In this document: positions 9,914-20,326 of the stretch, one piece after another
Numbering within the stretch: the first letter of the stretch is position 1
Layout of the letters: each line of letters begins with the position of its first letter
From: an uncultured Sangeribacter sp.
GTDB taxonomy: Bacteria; Bacteroidota; Bacteroidia; Bacteroidales; Muribaculaceae
Assembly: GCA_964618395.1 (NCBI GenBank)
Contig: CAZUAK010000001.1
Span: 11,856 to 54,293, forward strand
Length of the DNA: 42,438 nt
Direction of reading: 5' to 3'
Position numbers and translations under genes: made by a program
The notes under the pieces: generated by a model
What the model saw: only the letters and a program-made list of their open reading frames with translations
Told to the model about the DNA's origin: nothing
The model's database searches: none

Positions 9914-11281
9914 CTATAACTTACCCTCTAACTTTCGCGGCAGCACTGCGGCGAGGAGCACTCCACGGAGGAACAGGTATGTCAGGAAGGCACCCCACAG
10001 GCGGTGGTTGGAGGGGAGCGAGGAGGGTATGAAGCAGATGGCGAAGAAGGCCGCCGTGGCCGCGAGGGTCGCGATGAGCATCACGCGCGTCTTTGTGAGG
10101 CCTATGAAGAAGCCGTCGAAGATAAAGGCGGCGACCGTCAGCACCGGTATCAGCACAAGCCACACCTTGTAGCGCATGAGGTTTGCGACCACCCCGGACT
10201 CGTCAGTGATAAGCGAGGCGATGTCCTCGGCCGCTATGGCGTAAACGGCGAAGAAGATGACGCCCATCGCCGCGCTCCACACCAACAGCCACTTGACCGA
10301 GAGGTGATAGAGGAGGTTGTCGGCGCTCCCCTTGGCACGTCCGACCAAAGCCTCGCCGGCGAAGGCGAATCCATCCATAAAGTAGGAGAAGAAGATGAAG
10401 AACTGCATCATCACGGCGTTCGAGGCCAGGGTCAGGTCTCCCAAGCGTGAGCCGACCGAGGTGACGGTCATTGACACCGCCATCACGCAGGCGGAGCGGA
10501 AAAAGAGATTGACGTTTACGCCGAAGAATCGCTTCAGGTCGTCACTCAGCCGACGCCCGGCCCCTCCGGCCGTGAGGTCGGCGTTAAAGCGGCGGTATAG
10601 GGGAATCGTCAGGCAGAGCGCCAGCAGGAGTCCAAGCCATTGGGCGCAGAGCGTACCGTAGGCCACACCGATGAAACCCAGCCTAAGCCCGAAGACAAAC
10701 CAGAGGCTCAGAAGGATATTGATGACGTTGGTGACGATGGAGACAATCATCGCCCGCACCGTGGACTGCATCCCGACGAACCATCCGTTGACGGCCATGG
10801 TCGCCAGAAGGGCCGGCGAGCCGAAGACGCAGAGTCCGAAATAGCGTCGGGCGGAGGCGTTGACCTCAGAGCCGGGAGAGATGATGGAGAGCAGCAGATC
10901 GGCCAGAGGCTTCCTCACGCAGATGAAGAGAAGTCCCAACAGCAGGCCGAAGATGAGGGACGTCTTCAGCAACCGACGGATACGCAGCCCGTCTTTGGAA
11001 CCGAATGCCTCGGCAACGAGTCCGGTCGTCCCCATGCGCAGGAAACCGAAGAGCCAGAAGGCCACGTTGAGCATCAGCGAGCCGACGGCAATGGCCCCGA
11101 TGAAGACGGGCGAGCCGAGGTGGCCCGAGATGGCCGTGTCCGAAAGGCCAAGCAGCGGCACGGTGACATTACTGATGACCGCCGGTACGGCCAGGCGCAA
11201 TATTTCACGGTTTATTCCTCGCCTTGTCAGGGGAAAATCCATCCCTTCCTGTTCTTCTTTTTCAGTCTTTTCACTTTTCAC
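9914..11281 (-). CDS. MATE family efflux transporter (DinF-like)
   Basis: About 12 hydrophobic segments; ILRLAVPAVISNVTVPLLGLSDTA; FLRMGTTG; YFMDGFAFAGE. True start may be the internal MDFPL. Confidence 0.92.
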   Translation of the reverse strand: MKSEKTEKEEQEGMDFPLTRRGINREILRLAVPAVISNVTVPLLGLSDTAISGHLGSPVFIGAIAVGSLMLNVAFWLFGFLRMGTTGLVAEAFGSKDGLRIRRLLKTSLIFGLLLGLLFICVRKPLADLLLSIISPGSEVNASARRYFGLCVFGSPALLATMAVNGWFVGMQSTVRAMIVSIVTNVINILLSLWFVFGLRLGFIGVAYGTLCAQWLGLLLALCLTIPLYRRFNADLTAGGAGRRLSDDLKRFFGVNVNLFFRSACVMAVSMTVTSVGSRLGDLTLASNAVMMQFFIFFSYFMDGFAFAGEALVGRAKGSADNLLYHLSVKWLLVWSAAMGVIFFAVYAIAAEDIASLITDESGVVANLMRYKVWLVLIPVLTVAAFIFDGFFIGLTKTRVMLIATLAATAAFFAICFIPSSLPSNHRLWGAFLTYLFLRGVLLAAVLPRKLEGKL

Positions 11282-11401
11282 GACTGCAAAGGTCGCGAAA
11301 AAAGCCGATACTTAGAAAGTTTTTATTATTTTTGTGGCTTGAATCTGGAGCGGACTCCGAAAACCGGGGTGCCGGCTCCATGATTGCGCATAAAACGAAA
11401 C

Positions 11402-12199
11402 ATGAACGAGAACAGCAGTTTTCGCGGTATGGACCGCACCGACACGGGCCAGTGGCGACTGGTCATCTACATCACCCGCACCTCTCTTGAGGCGTGGCTG
11501 CAACCGTTGGGCGACCGTCAGTCCGTGCGTCGGATTGTCCGCAACGAGTGGGAGCCGGTCGGTAACGGCAAGGACCTGTTGCAGAAAATCGAGGACACCG
11601 TCTATGACAACCCGCAGTTGCTCGACGACTTCGCGGCCGACATCATCATCGAGACGGACCGCGCCCTGTGGGTACCTCAGGAGGTTTCGGCAGACGAGGA
11701 ACTGGCCGAGGACCAGTTCGGCCGGGTCTACGGTTTCGATCCGGAAGACATGCTGGCCGACGCGGTCGGCGACAAGACATTGCTGTGGAGCCTGACACCG
11801 GGACTGCCCGCTTTTCTGAGCCGGACGTTTCCCGGCGCACGAGTGAAGGCGCACCTGAGCGTCATCCAGTCTTTTCTCGACCGGCTCAACATCGAGGAGG
11901 GCGAGGTCATGGTGCTCAACCTTCGCGAGGGCTCGTGTGACGTCATCCTGATGCGTGGAAACAGGCTGCAGACCTCCTCAACCCAGCCCGCGGCCAATGC
12001 ACAGGAGTCGCTCTACCGTCTTCTACGCGCAGCAGAAGCCTACAACTTCTCGGTCAGGAGTGCACGTCTGGCCGTGCGCGACGAACGCGGTGACGACTCG
12101 GCCCTTTCCGAAAGTCTGGACAAGCTGAGGCTGGATGCCACCACTCTGCTCGACGAGGACAGGCCGATGCCGACAGCCGCCCTGCTACTGCTCAAGTGA
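11402..12199 (+). CDS. DUF3822 family protein
   Basis: IEDTVYDNPQLL; FLSRTFPGA; typical Bacteroidetes position upstream of rsmD. Start set at ATG 11402. Confidence 0.65.
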   Translation: MNENSSFRGMDRTDTGQWRLVIYITRTSLEAWLQPLGDRQSVRRIVRNEWEPVGNGKDLLQKIEDTVYDNPQLLDDFAADIIIETDRALWVPQEVSADEELAEDQFGRVYGFDPEDMLADAVGDKTLLWSLTPGLPAFLSRTFPGARVKAHLSVIQSFLDRLNIEEGEVMVLNLREGSCDVILMRGNRLQTSSTQPAANAQESLYRLLRAAEAYNFSVRSARLAVRDERGDDSALSESLDKLRLDATTLLDEDRPMPTAALLLLK

Positions 12200-12243
12200 G
12201 AGGGTATAGTTTCACGTTCATCTTCAGACAGTATTTACAATAT

Positions 12244-12795
12244 ATGAGAATAATCAGAGGCAAATACGGAAAACGTCGGTTTGACGTTCCGAAAAACATA
12301 ACGGCCCGACCTACGACCGATTTCGCACGTGAGAACATCTTCAACGTGATAGAGAACCTGGTCGACATCGAGGGTAAAAGCGTCTGTGACCTCTTTGCCG
12401 GTACGGGAGCGGTTAGCTTCGAGTTCCTCTCACGCGGAGCGGCCGACGTGACCGCCGTCGAGATGGCCCAGACCCAGCTCAGCTTCCTGTATCAGGTCAA
12501 GGAGAAACTCGGTGACGAAAACATAAAGATTATCCGTGGCGATGTCTTCAAGTTCATCACCGGCTGTTTCCGCGCGTTCGACATAGTCTTCGCCGACCCG
12601 CCGTATGACCACAAGCGGTTCGCAGAGATTCCGGAGCTTATCCTCAACTCGAAGATGGTCAAGCCCGGGTCGCTGGTAATCATAGAGCACTCTAAGAACC
12701 ACGACTTCTCCGCCCTCCCCGGCTTCGAGGAACAGAGGGTCTACGGCTCGGTCAATTTCAGCATTTTCCGAATTCCGGGTTTCTCCCAGCCCTAA
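12244..12795 (+). CDS. rsmD: 16S rRNA (guanine966-N2)-methyltransferase RsmD
   Basis: MRIIRG; RPTTDFARENIFN; DLFAGTG; FADPPY. Start set at ATG 12244. Confidence 0.93.
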   Translation: MRIIRGKYGKRRFDVPKNITARPTTDFARENIFNVIENLVDIEGKSVCDLFAGTGAVSFEFLSRGAADVTAVEMAQTQLSFLYQVKEKLGDENIKIIRGDVFKFITGCFRAFDIVFADPPYDHKRFAEIPELILNSKMVKPGSLVIIEHSKNHDFSALPGFEEQRVYGSVNFSIFRIPGFSQP

Positions 12796-12828
12796 TTCCT
12801 CTTGATCTCTCCTTGAGCTCTCCGAGAA

Positions 12829-12900
12829 TCTCGAGTTTCTCGAGTTTCTCGAGTTTCTCGAAATTTTCGAAATTCTCGAAAATCTCGAAAATCTCGAGAT
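12829..12900. repeat. 9-bp tandem repeat (tctcgaRWW x8)
   Basis: tctcgagtt x3, tctcgaaat, tttcgaaat, tctcgaaaa x2, tctcgagat, between rsmD and ribBA. Confidence 0.9.
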
Positions 12901-12940
12901 TTATCCACCCTCCCCTAAAAACAAAAAACCTAAACTCCAA

Positions 12941-14176
12941 GTGAATACCAACGAAAATTCAAACGAGCCGATCCGTCTCGACTCGATAGAAGATGCTATC
13001 AAAGATTTTCGCGACGGCAAATTTGTCATCGTCGTCGACGATGAAGACCGCGAAAACGAAGGTGACCTCATCATAGCGGCAGAAAAAATCACACCCGAAG
13101 ATGTGAACTTCATGCTCAAGAACGCCCGCGGAGTCCTCTGCGTGCCGATGCCTATCTCACGCTGTGAGGAACTCGGTCTTGAACGTCAGGTCCAGGACAA
13201 CACCTCGGTGCTCGGCACACCCTTCACGGTGACCGTCGACAAGCTGGAGGGGTGCTCGACAGGCGTCTCTATAGAGGACCGCGCAGCCACGATACGTGCA
13301 TTGGCCGACCCCGTCTCCACCCCGGAGACCTTCGGACGTCCCGGCCACATCAACCCCCTCTATGCCCAGAACCGTGGCGTGCTTCAGCGCACGGGCCATA
13401 CCGAGGCGGGCGTAGACCTTGCCAGACTCGCCGGACTCGAACCGGTGGCGGCCCTCATGGAGATCATGAGCGACGACGGAACCATGGCCCGTCTGCCCGA
13501 GCTCCGCAAGCGTGCCGACGAGTGGGGCCTCAAGCTGATTGCCATCAAGGACCTCATCGCATACCGACTCCGCAACGACTCGCCGGTTGAACGCGGCGAG
13601 GAGGTGGAGATGCCGACTGCCTACGGAAAGTTCAAGCTCATCCCCTTCCGTCAGAAAGACAACGGGCTGGAACACATCGCCTTGATAAAGGGTGACGTCG
13701 CTACGGACGAACCTCTGCTCGTGCGTGTACACTCCTCATGCGCCACAGGCGACATCTTCGGATCGATGCGCTGCGAGTGCGGCGAACAGCTCCACAAGGC
13801 CATGGAACTCATAGAGAAGGAGGGTCGCGGAGCCATCGTATACCTCAACCAGGAAGGTCGCGGAATCGGCCTGATGGATAAGATCCGGGCCTATAAGCTC
13901 CAGGAGGAGGGTCTCGACACCGTCGACGCCAACCTTCACCTCGGCCACAAGGCCGACGAGCGCGACTATGGCGTCGGTGCAAGCATCCTTCATTCTTTGG
14001 GCATCAAGAAGATGCGTCTGATGACCAATAACCCGGTGAAGCGCATCGGCCTGGAGGGCTACGGCATGGAAATCGTGGAGAACGTTCCGCTCGAAGTGAC
14101 CCCCAACGAGTATAACCGCTTCTATATGCACACGAAAAAGACCCGCATGGGCCACGAGCTGCATAATGTGGATTAA
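12941..14176 (+). CDS. ribBA: bifunctional DHBP synthase / GTP cyclohydrolase II
   Basis: [12 protein letters not shown]; RPGH; RTGHTEA; [21 protein letters not shown]; QEGRGIGL; LMTNNP. Confidence 0.97.
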   Translation: MNTNENSNEPIRLDSIEDAIKDFRDGKFVIVVDDEDRENEGDLIIAAEKITPEDVNFMLKNARGVLCVPMPISRCEELGLERQVQDNTSVLGTPFTVTVDKLEGCSTGVSIEDRAATIRALADPVSTPETFGRPGHINPLYAQNRGVLQRTGHTEAGVDLARLAGLEPVAALMEIMSDDGTMARLPELRKRADEWGLKLIAIKDLIAYRLRNDSPVERGEEVEMPTAYGKFKLIPFRQKDNGLEHIALIKGDVATDEPLLVRVHSSCATGDIFGSMRCECGEQLHKAMELIEKEGRGAIVYLNQEGRGIGLMDKIRAYKLQEEGLDTVDANLHLGHKADERDYGVGASILHSLGIKKMRLMTNNPVKRIGLEGYGMEIVENVPLEVTPNEYNRFYMHTKKTRMGHELHNVD

Positions 14177-14195
14177 CCTAAAGAAGGCTAACGTG

Positions 14196-17048
14196 ATGAA
14201 AAATCCTATCGCCATACTCCTGGCCGGACTCGCCCTGACGAGTGTCTCGACCCTGGCCAAGAAACCGCTTGACCATGATGCCTTCGATTCATGGCAGTTG
14301 GTCAAGAACACGGCTGTCAGCCGTGACGGTCAGTGGGCCGTCTTCTCCGTCGACCCCCAGGAGGGCGACGGTGTGCTGAGTTTCGCCAATACCCGGAACA
14401 GCAAGCGCGTCGATATCCCCCGTGGCTACAAAGCCACGGTCAGCGCCGACGGCAGGTGGGGCTACGCCCTCATCAAACCGGAGTTCGCCGTCACCCGTCA
14501 GGCCAAGATAGACAATAAAAAGGACGACGAGATGCCCAAGGACACCCTGGCCATCGTTGACCTCAAGACCCTCTCGGTCGAGAAAATCCCTTTTGTGACC
14601 GGATATAAGGTCCCTGAGGATGGAAGCGGGTGGGTGGCCTATCTGAGCTGCGACACGACCCTCATAACCCCGAAGGCCCTCAAGGACAAGGAGGCCGGTC
14701 GGCCGATGGTGGTGCGCACCCCGAACGGGCAGACCTCGAAAACCCTCAACTGGGTGAAGGAGTATGTCTTCACCAAGGATGGCAAGAACCTGGCGGTCCG
14801 ACAGAAGAAGCAGGAGTCCGACAGTCTGGCCACGGACGGCATCGGCTATCTGACTCTCGCAGACACGGCCTTCTACCTCATAGACCGCGACCGCAAGTTC
14901 TACGGCTCACCGGTCTGGAACGAGAAGGGAGACCGTCTGGCCTTTACAGCCTCGAACGACTCTAACGACACCGGCACAAAGATATGCGAGCTTCTGATTG
15001 CCGACGTTTCCGTTACGGGTTATGACCCGAAGCCGGTGAACGTGCACGTGACTGAGTACCCCCGCATAAACCTTGCCCTCCCCCACGCTTCTGACCCTGC
15101 CCTTCAGGACTCACTCAACGAGGCGAGACGACTGAAGATGGAGGCAATCAGGAAGGAGGGGTTGCACATCAACCAGTATTCCCGTCCCGAGTTCTCTCAC
15201 AACGGACGCCGCCTGGTCATCGGCGTGGCTCCCTATGTCGCCGAGGACGACACGACCCTCGTGGATTTCGAGAAGGCGGACATCGACATCTGGCGCTGGG
15301 ATGCTCCCGTGACCCCTCCCTACGAGCGCAAGAACCTCGAGAAGATGCGTTCTCAGACCTTCCCCGTGGTCATTGACCTCTTTGACGACACCCAGCAGCT
15401 GCTGACCACTGAACCTCTCGTCGAGGTGAGCGCGCCCGACAGGTGGGATGCCGACTGGGCACTTCTGCGGGACGCCTCGGACTCGATGCTGAGTCATCAG
15501 TGGGACTACTATGCTCCGGAGAAAATCTCCGTCATAAACGTCAAGACCGGAGAACGTCGCGAGATCGGCGAGGCTCCATACGAGTTTGCCGAGCTCTCTC
15601 CGGACGGACGCTATGTCGTGTGGTTCAAGGACCGCGACTATTTCGTCTATAATATCGCGAAGGGCGAGACGGTGAACGTATCGCAGAAGGTCGGTGTGCC
15701 TTTGTGGGATGAAAAGGATGACCACCCGATGATTCCCCAGCCTCACGGCCTGGCCGCCTGGACCAAGGGAGACAAGGCCCTCCTTGTGTATGACCGCTAC
15801 GATATATGGCAGCTTGACCCGGAAGGGAAGGTTGAGCCGGTGAACCTCACCCGCGGCGAGGGACGGGCGAAGAACTACCGTTACCGCTACAACGACTTCG
15901 ACAAGGATCACCGTTTCCTCTCCGAGGGGGACCTAATGCTCCTCTCGGTCTTCGACTACGAATCAAAGAAGAACGGCATTGCCACGATGAAGTATGGCAA
16001 GCCGGCAGTCCCAGAACTCCGCACATTGGAGGGCAACATGTTCCACCAGATGCGTAAGGCTAAGGATGCCGAGGTCTACACATATAACTGTTGCAACTTC
16101 TCGACCTCGCCCAACATCTTCACCTCAGGCCTCGACTTCAAGAAACGCCGTCAGCTGACCGAGGCCAATCCACAGATGGCCGACTATAACTGGGGCACCG
16201 CCGAACTGGTGAAGTGGTACGCCTATGACGGTCAGGAGTCCGAGGGCGTGCTCTACAAGCCTGAGGACTTCGACCCGACAAAGAAGTATCCCATGCTCTG
16301 CGTCTTCTATGAGACAGGCAGCGAGGAGCTCTATCGCCACTATACGATGGAGCCTTCTTGGAGCTGGGTGAACTATCCTTTCTATGTGAGCCGCGGATAT
16401 ATCGTCTTCGTGCCCGATATCCATTATACCTCGGGCGTTCCGGGTGAGTGCGCATGGAACTACGTGTGCTCCGGCGCCGAGGAACTCTGCAAGCGCTATG
16501 ACTGGATAGACAGGGACAAGATCGGCATCGACGGCCAGAGCTGGGGCGGTTATCAGACAGCTTATCTGATTACGCGCACAAACATGTTTGCCTGTGCCGG
16601 TTCAGGCGCACCGGTGGCCAACATGACGTCGGCCTTCGGCGGCATCCGTTGGGGCTCGGGCTCTTCGCGCCAGGCGCAGTATGAAATGGGACAGAGCCGA
16701 ATCGGCCGCAACCTCTGGGACGCTCCGGAGCTGTATATCGCCAACTCTCCGGTGTTCCATGCCAACCGTGTGGAGACTCCGCTGCTTATCATGCACAATG
16801 ACCAGGACGGCGCCGTTCCCTGGTATCAGGGTATCGAGCTCTTCATGGCGCTCCGCCGTCTGGGCAAACCGGTATGGATGCTTCAGTATAACGGCGAGGA
16901 CCATAATATCAAGGAGCGCCGAAACCGCAAGGACATCACGCGCCGCCTCCAGCAGTTCTTCGACCACTATCTGAAGGACGAGCCGATGCCCGAATGGATG
17001 AAGAAGGGCATACCTATGACACGCAAGGGTCAGGAGTACGGCTTCTGA
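14196..17048 (+). CDS. S9 family (prolyl oligopeptidase-like) secreted serine peptidase
   Basis: Signal peptide; beta-propeller region; nucleophile GQSWGG; NDQDGAVP (Asp); GEDHN (His). Start set at ATG 14196. Confidence 0.92.
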   Translation: MKNPIAILLAGLALTSVSTLAKKPLDHDAFDSWQLVKNTAVSRDGQWAVFSVDPQEGDGVLSFANTRNSKRVDIPRGYKATVSADGRWGYALIKPEFAVTRQAKIDNKKDDEMPKDTLAIVDLKTLSVEKIPFVTGYKVPEDGSGWVAYLSCDTTLITPKALKDKEAGRPMVVRTPNGQTSKTLNWVKEYVFTKDGKNLAVRQKKQESDSLATDGIGYLTLADTAFYLIDRDRKFYGSPVWNEKGDRLAFTASNDSNDTGTKICELLIADVSVTGYDPKPVNVHVTEYPRINLALPHASDPALQDSLNEARRLKMEAIRKEGLHINQYSRPEFSHNGRRLVIGVAPYVAEDDTTLVDFEKADIDIWRWDAPVTPPYERKNLEKMRSQTFPVVIDLFDDTQQLLTTEPLVEVSAPDRWDADWALLRDASDSMLSHQWDYYAPEKISVINVKTGERREIGEAPYEFAELSPDGRYVVWFKDRDYFVYNIAKGETVNVSQKVGVPLWDEKDDHPMIPQPHGLAAWTKGDKALLVYDRYDIWQLDPEGKVEPVNLTRGEGRAKNYRYRYNDFDKDHRFLSEGDLMLLSVFDYESKKNGIATMKYGKPAVPELRTLEGNMFHQMRKAKDAEVYTYNCCNFSTSPNIFTSGLDFKKRRQLTEANPQMADYNWGTAELVKWYAYDGQESEGVLYKPEDFDPTKKYPMLCVFYETGSEELYRHYTMEPSWSWVNYPFYVSRGYIVFVPDIHYTSGVPGECAWNYVCSGAEELCKRYDWIDRDKIGIDGQSWGGYQTAYLITRTNMFACAGSGAPVANMTSAFGGIRWGSGSSRQAQYEMGQSRIGRNLWDAPELYIANSPVFHANRVETPLLIMHNDQDGAVPWYQGIELFMALRRLGKPVWMLQYNGEDHNIKERRNRKDITRRLQQFFDHYLKDEPMPEWMKKGIPMTRKGQEYGF

Positions 17049-17071
17049 CCTAAAACGCACACACGAACACC

Positions 17072-17113
17072 CAAACAAAAAATCAACCTCCCGCGGGGTT
17101 GATTTTTTGTTTG
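17072..17113. terminator. bidirectional intrinsic terminator
   Basis: caaacaaaaaatcaacc...ggttgattttttgtttg between convergent genes. Confidence 0.85.
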
Positions 17114-17188
17114 TTAAGTTCGGGTCCTTTTTATTTTGTTATGGGTCTGAGGAGGATATAGTGTATGGTTTTGATGCGTGTGACACCC

Positions 17189-17599
17189 TCACGAGTTTTT
17201 GTTCCTCATGATGATGTCATAAAACGATTTGGGCAGCCGCACGTTATAGAGGCCTACCGCGTCAGCGAAGAGCGGAGCAATCTCCTCGTCGGTGAAACCG
17301 GCTATTCCACAGCCTATCCTTGTGACATAAAAGGTATTCTGGTCGCATTCACGTGCGAAATCTATGAAACGGTCGACATACGGCTTGATGATCTCCACGC
17401 CACCCTGCATGGTAGGTATGGCATAACTTTGGCCCTGCAGGCCCTCGCCCTGTCCCATGACGGCGCCGAACCGCTCGCGGGCGACACGCGCCGCGCCCCC
17501 GAGGTGCATCCCCTCAAGGTTGCTGCCGAACACGAACACATCGTCGCGCTCCAACTCCCGTATATTCTCAGGAGTAAACTTCAATCCACTGTTTTCCAT
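17189..17599 (-). CDS. macrodomain-like protein (A1S_2505-like family)
   Basis: FVFGSNLEGMHLGGAA; GEGLQGQSYAIPT; VTRIGCGIAG; Gly-rich loops resemble macrodomain ADP-ribose-binding loops. Confidence 0.7.
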   Translation of the reverse strand: MENSGLKFTPENIRELERDDVFVFGSNLEGMHLGGAARVARERFGAVMGQGEGLQGQSYAIPTMQGGVEIIKPYVDRFIDFARECDQNTFYVTRIGCGIAGFTDEEIAPLFADAVGLYNVRLPKSFYDIIMRNKNS

Positions 17600-17891
17600 A
17601 TTCTTGCTTTAAATTCTTGCATTAAAAACTTTTTTAAAAGACATGTAAAGTAACGAACAAATTTAGCCATAAATTCTTACACCTCAAATTATTTCTCCGG
17701 CTCTTGAAAGACAGGCCTTCAAAGGAGGTGTCTAAACTGCGTATTTTGAATATTTTATTACACAGAGAGTTATATTTAACGAACATTAAGAATAGAAGAA
17801 CGTTAATATCTTGAAACCCGTTTTAAAAAACGGGGTTTCATACATGATTCCCTTATCTTTTCGGGGCAACCGACCCCGGCCCAAAACATTG

Positions 17892-19223
17892 ATGAAAAAC
17901 ATTCACAGAATAATATGTATAACCGCATCTGCAGTGATGGCACTATGGATGCTCTCCGCATACGCTCAGGAAACAAATGTTCCTGAAACCGAACGTCATG
18001 TCATTGCACGCAGGGACTCGGCAGAAATTTACTTCCATCAGTCCCGCTCTCAATTAGATCCCGATTATAAAGGCAATATCGACAACTTAGGGAGGATGAC
18101 GGACCGCATCGAAAAGTATGCACAAACGGACTCGGCCCTCAGGCTTTCTTCTGTCAAGGTCGTCGGTTCCGCCTCTCCTGAAGGCAGTGTGGAAATAAAC
18201 CGACGGCTGTCCCATCAAAGGGCTGACCGCATCTTCGACTACTTCAGGGAGCGCACCCAACTCGATGACTCCATCACGTCTTTCGAGTTTATAGGACGTG
18301 ACTGGGCCGGACTGTTGGCAGCGGTAGAGAAAGAGCCTGAGGTTCCGTATAAAGATGAAGTCATTGAAACCATCAAAACCATTCAGACCAACATAGCAGC
18401 CTCAGGCTCGGATTCTGAACAGAACCTTGTCCTTTTGAAAGAGCTGCGCGGAGGTGTCCCCTACCGGTATCTGTACAAAAAACTTTTTCCGGAGCTGCGC
18501 CACGCCGGGCTTTATGTTACATACTCGTTCGTATATCCGGAGCGACTTTTTCCGAAGTTGAGCGTTCCCGATTTCCACACCGGAATCCCAACTGGCGCCG
18601 TCGTTCCTCACGTGAATATGGATGGTTTTGTTTTCGGACCGGTGAAAGAATGTAAACCGTTTTATATGGGTTTGAAGACAAACCTTCTGTTGGATGCGCT
18701 CGCAATACCCTCGATTGGCGCCGAATTCTATATCGGCAAGAATTGGGCAGTGACCGCCGACTGGTTCTATGGCTGGTGGGACAAAAACTCAGCACATAGA
18801 TACTGGCGTGCCTATGGCGGAAATGTCGGCTTCAGAAAATGGTTCGGTAAAAAGGCTTTGGCCAAACCATTGACCGGGCATCATCTCGGGCTCTATGCCG
18901 GTGTCGTCACATACGATTTTGAGTTCGGAGGCAAGGGCTATATGGGTGGTCTGCCTCACCGTACGCTGTGGGACCGATGTAATTTCACCGGAGGCATAGA
19001 ATACGGTTATGCGCTCCCGGTCGCGAAGAGACTCAACATTGATTTCAGTGTCGCCGTCGGCTACCTCGGCGGAAAGGTGACAGAATACGTTCCGAAGGAT
19101 GAAATCTATATTTATCAGAAGACGCGCCACCTGAACTGGTTCGGCCCGACAAAGGCAGAGGTTTCTCTCGTCTGGCTCATCGGCTGCGACAACTACAACA
19201 GAAAGAACACACCTGACTACTGA
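17892..19223 (+). CDS. DUF3575 outer-membrane protein with N-terminal OmpA-like domain
   Basis: Signal peptide; GSASPEG...NRRLSHQRA; MGLKTNLL; WFGPTKAEVSLVW. Start set at ATG 17892. Confidence 0.8.
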   Translation: MKNIHRIICITASAVMALWMLSAYAQETNVPETERHVIARRDSAEIYFHQSRSQLDPDYKGNIDNLGRMTDRIEKYAQTDSALRLSSVKVVGSASPEGSVEINRRLSHQRADRIFDYFRERTQLDDSITSFEFIGRDWAGLLAAVEKEPEVPYKDEVIETIKTIQTNIAASGSDSEQNLVLLKELRGGVPYRYLYKKLFPELRHAGLYVTYSFVYPERLFPKLSVPDFHTGIPTGAVVPHVNMDGFVFGPVKECKPFYMGLKTNLLLDALAIPSIGAEFYIGKNWAVTADWFYGWWDKNSAHRYWRAYGGNVGFRKWFGKKALAKPLTGHHLGLYAGVVTYDFEFGGKGYMGGLPHRTLWDRCNFTGGIEYGYALPVAKRLNIDFSVAVGYLGGKVTEYVPKDEIYIYQKTRHLNWFGPTKAEVSLVWLIGCDNYNRKNTPDY

Positions 19224-19252
19224 ACTGTGTTTAATTTGACCAGCTACTTATT

Positions 19253-20227
19253 ATGAAAACATATAACCTACTCAAGCACAGTGCCGTCATGCTCATAGCG
19301 GTCTTGGCAGCTTCCGGACTCTCGTCATGCCGGCACAAGGATTTGAGTTACGAACCATACCGAAACTCATTGCTCAACGTCGTCTTCGACTGGAGAAACG
19401 CTCCCGATGCCGATCCTTCCGCCATGGCCTTCTATCTATATTCTACAGACGGGACTGATCCTATCCGTTTCATCTTTCAAAATAAAACGGGAGGTTCTAT
19501 AAAGGTGCCCTCGGGAGACTATCATTCCATCTGCCTGAACGCTGACCTGAACGACTGGGCCGTAATATCTTCAGAGAAGTTTATCGACACTTATGAAGTG
19601 TCTACACCGGATGCCAACAGCCTGACGGCGGCCGGATACAGTACACGTGCGATTCCCAGGGCCCCGGAAAGCGGTGACGAACGTTATGCGGCCACGCCGG
19701 GGATGCTTTGGGCCTATAGGCTGGACAATGTGGCGCTCCCGGCGAGCTATGACGAGAAGACCATCGTCATGTATCCCGAGGAGAAGGTTTGTCACTATAC
19801 CGTTGACGTGTATGACTCGGGCGATGTCTCTAATTATCCGAACGGAGTCGACGCCACCCTCTCCGGTATGGCAGAAGGATATCTCATCGGCAAGGACCGG
19901 GGGAGCGACACCAAGGTGACACACCCCTTTGTGCTCGAGCCTGTAACCTCAGACAATTCCCTGCACGCCGAGTTCCTGACCTTTGGCGAGACTCCGGGCG
20001 ACAAGACCCACTATCTCTCAATGTATCTCACGACGGCCGAGGGCAAGAACTGGAACTGCAACATTGATGTTTCAAAGGTCGTGCATGAAGCCCCGGATCC
20101 CCGGCACGTGCATATTGTCATACGCGGCATCGACCTTCCCGACCCGCCGAGCTCCGACACTCCTATCGGCGGCATAGTGCCTGATGTCGATGACTGGCAG
20201 AGTGTCTACATTGACTTGAAGATGTAA
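19253..20227 (+). CDS. DUF5119 family lipoprotein
   Basis: Lipobox LSSC-RHKDL; VVFDW; LSGMAEG; TFG; C-terminal GGIVPDVDDW. Confidence 0.78.
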   Translation: MKTYNLLKHSAVMLIAVLAASGLSSCRHKDLSYEPYRNSLLNVVFDWRNAPDADPSAMAFYLYSTDGTDPIRFIFQNKTGGSIKVPSGDYHSICLNADLNDWAVISSEKFIDTYEVSTPDANSLTAAGYSTRAIPRAPESGDERYAATPGMLWAYRLDNVALPASYDEKTIVMYPEEKVCHYTVDVYDSGDVSNYPNGVDATLSGMAEGYLIGKDRGSDTKVTHPFVLEPVTSDNSLHAEFLTFGETPGDKTHYLSMYLTTAEGKNWNCNIDVSKVVHEAPDPRHVHIVIRGIDLPDPPSSDTPIGGIVPDVDDWQSVYIDLKM

Positions 20228-20326
20228 TTTTTTTTGGTTAAAATAATTTTTTGATTGAACCATTTTCAACCGTAAAACATTATAACTACAAACAACAGAA
20301 TTTAAAAACATACAACGCAATATACT

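Noticed and set aside
6726-12900. Tandem arrays (6726-6851, 9792-9893, 12829-12900) as possible CRISPR arrays
   Set aside because: Units are contiguous with no unique spacers, have the wrong lengths, and no cas genes are present.
12758-12940. 60-aa ORF with EIF/ENF/EKL repeats
   Set aside because: Simply the translation of the 9-bp array on the opposite strand, overlapping rsmD.
6343-17891. Large invertible segment switching expression between the two pilus loci
   Set aside because: No long inverted repeat pair found at the two ends by eye and no recombinase gene in the window.
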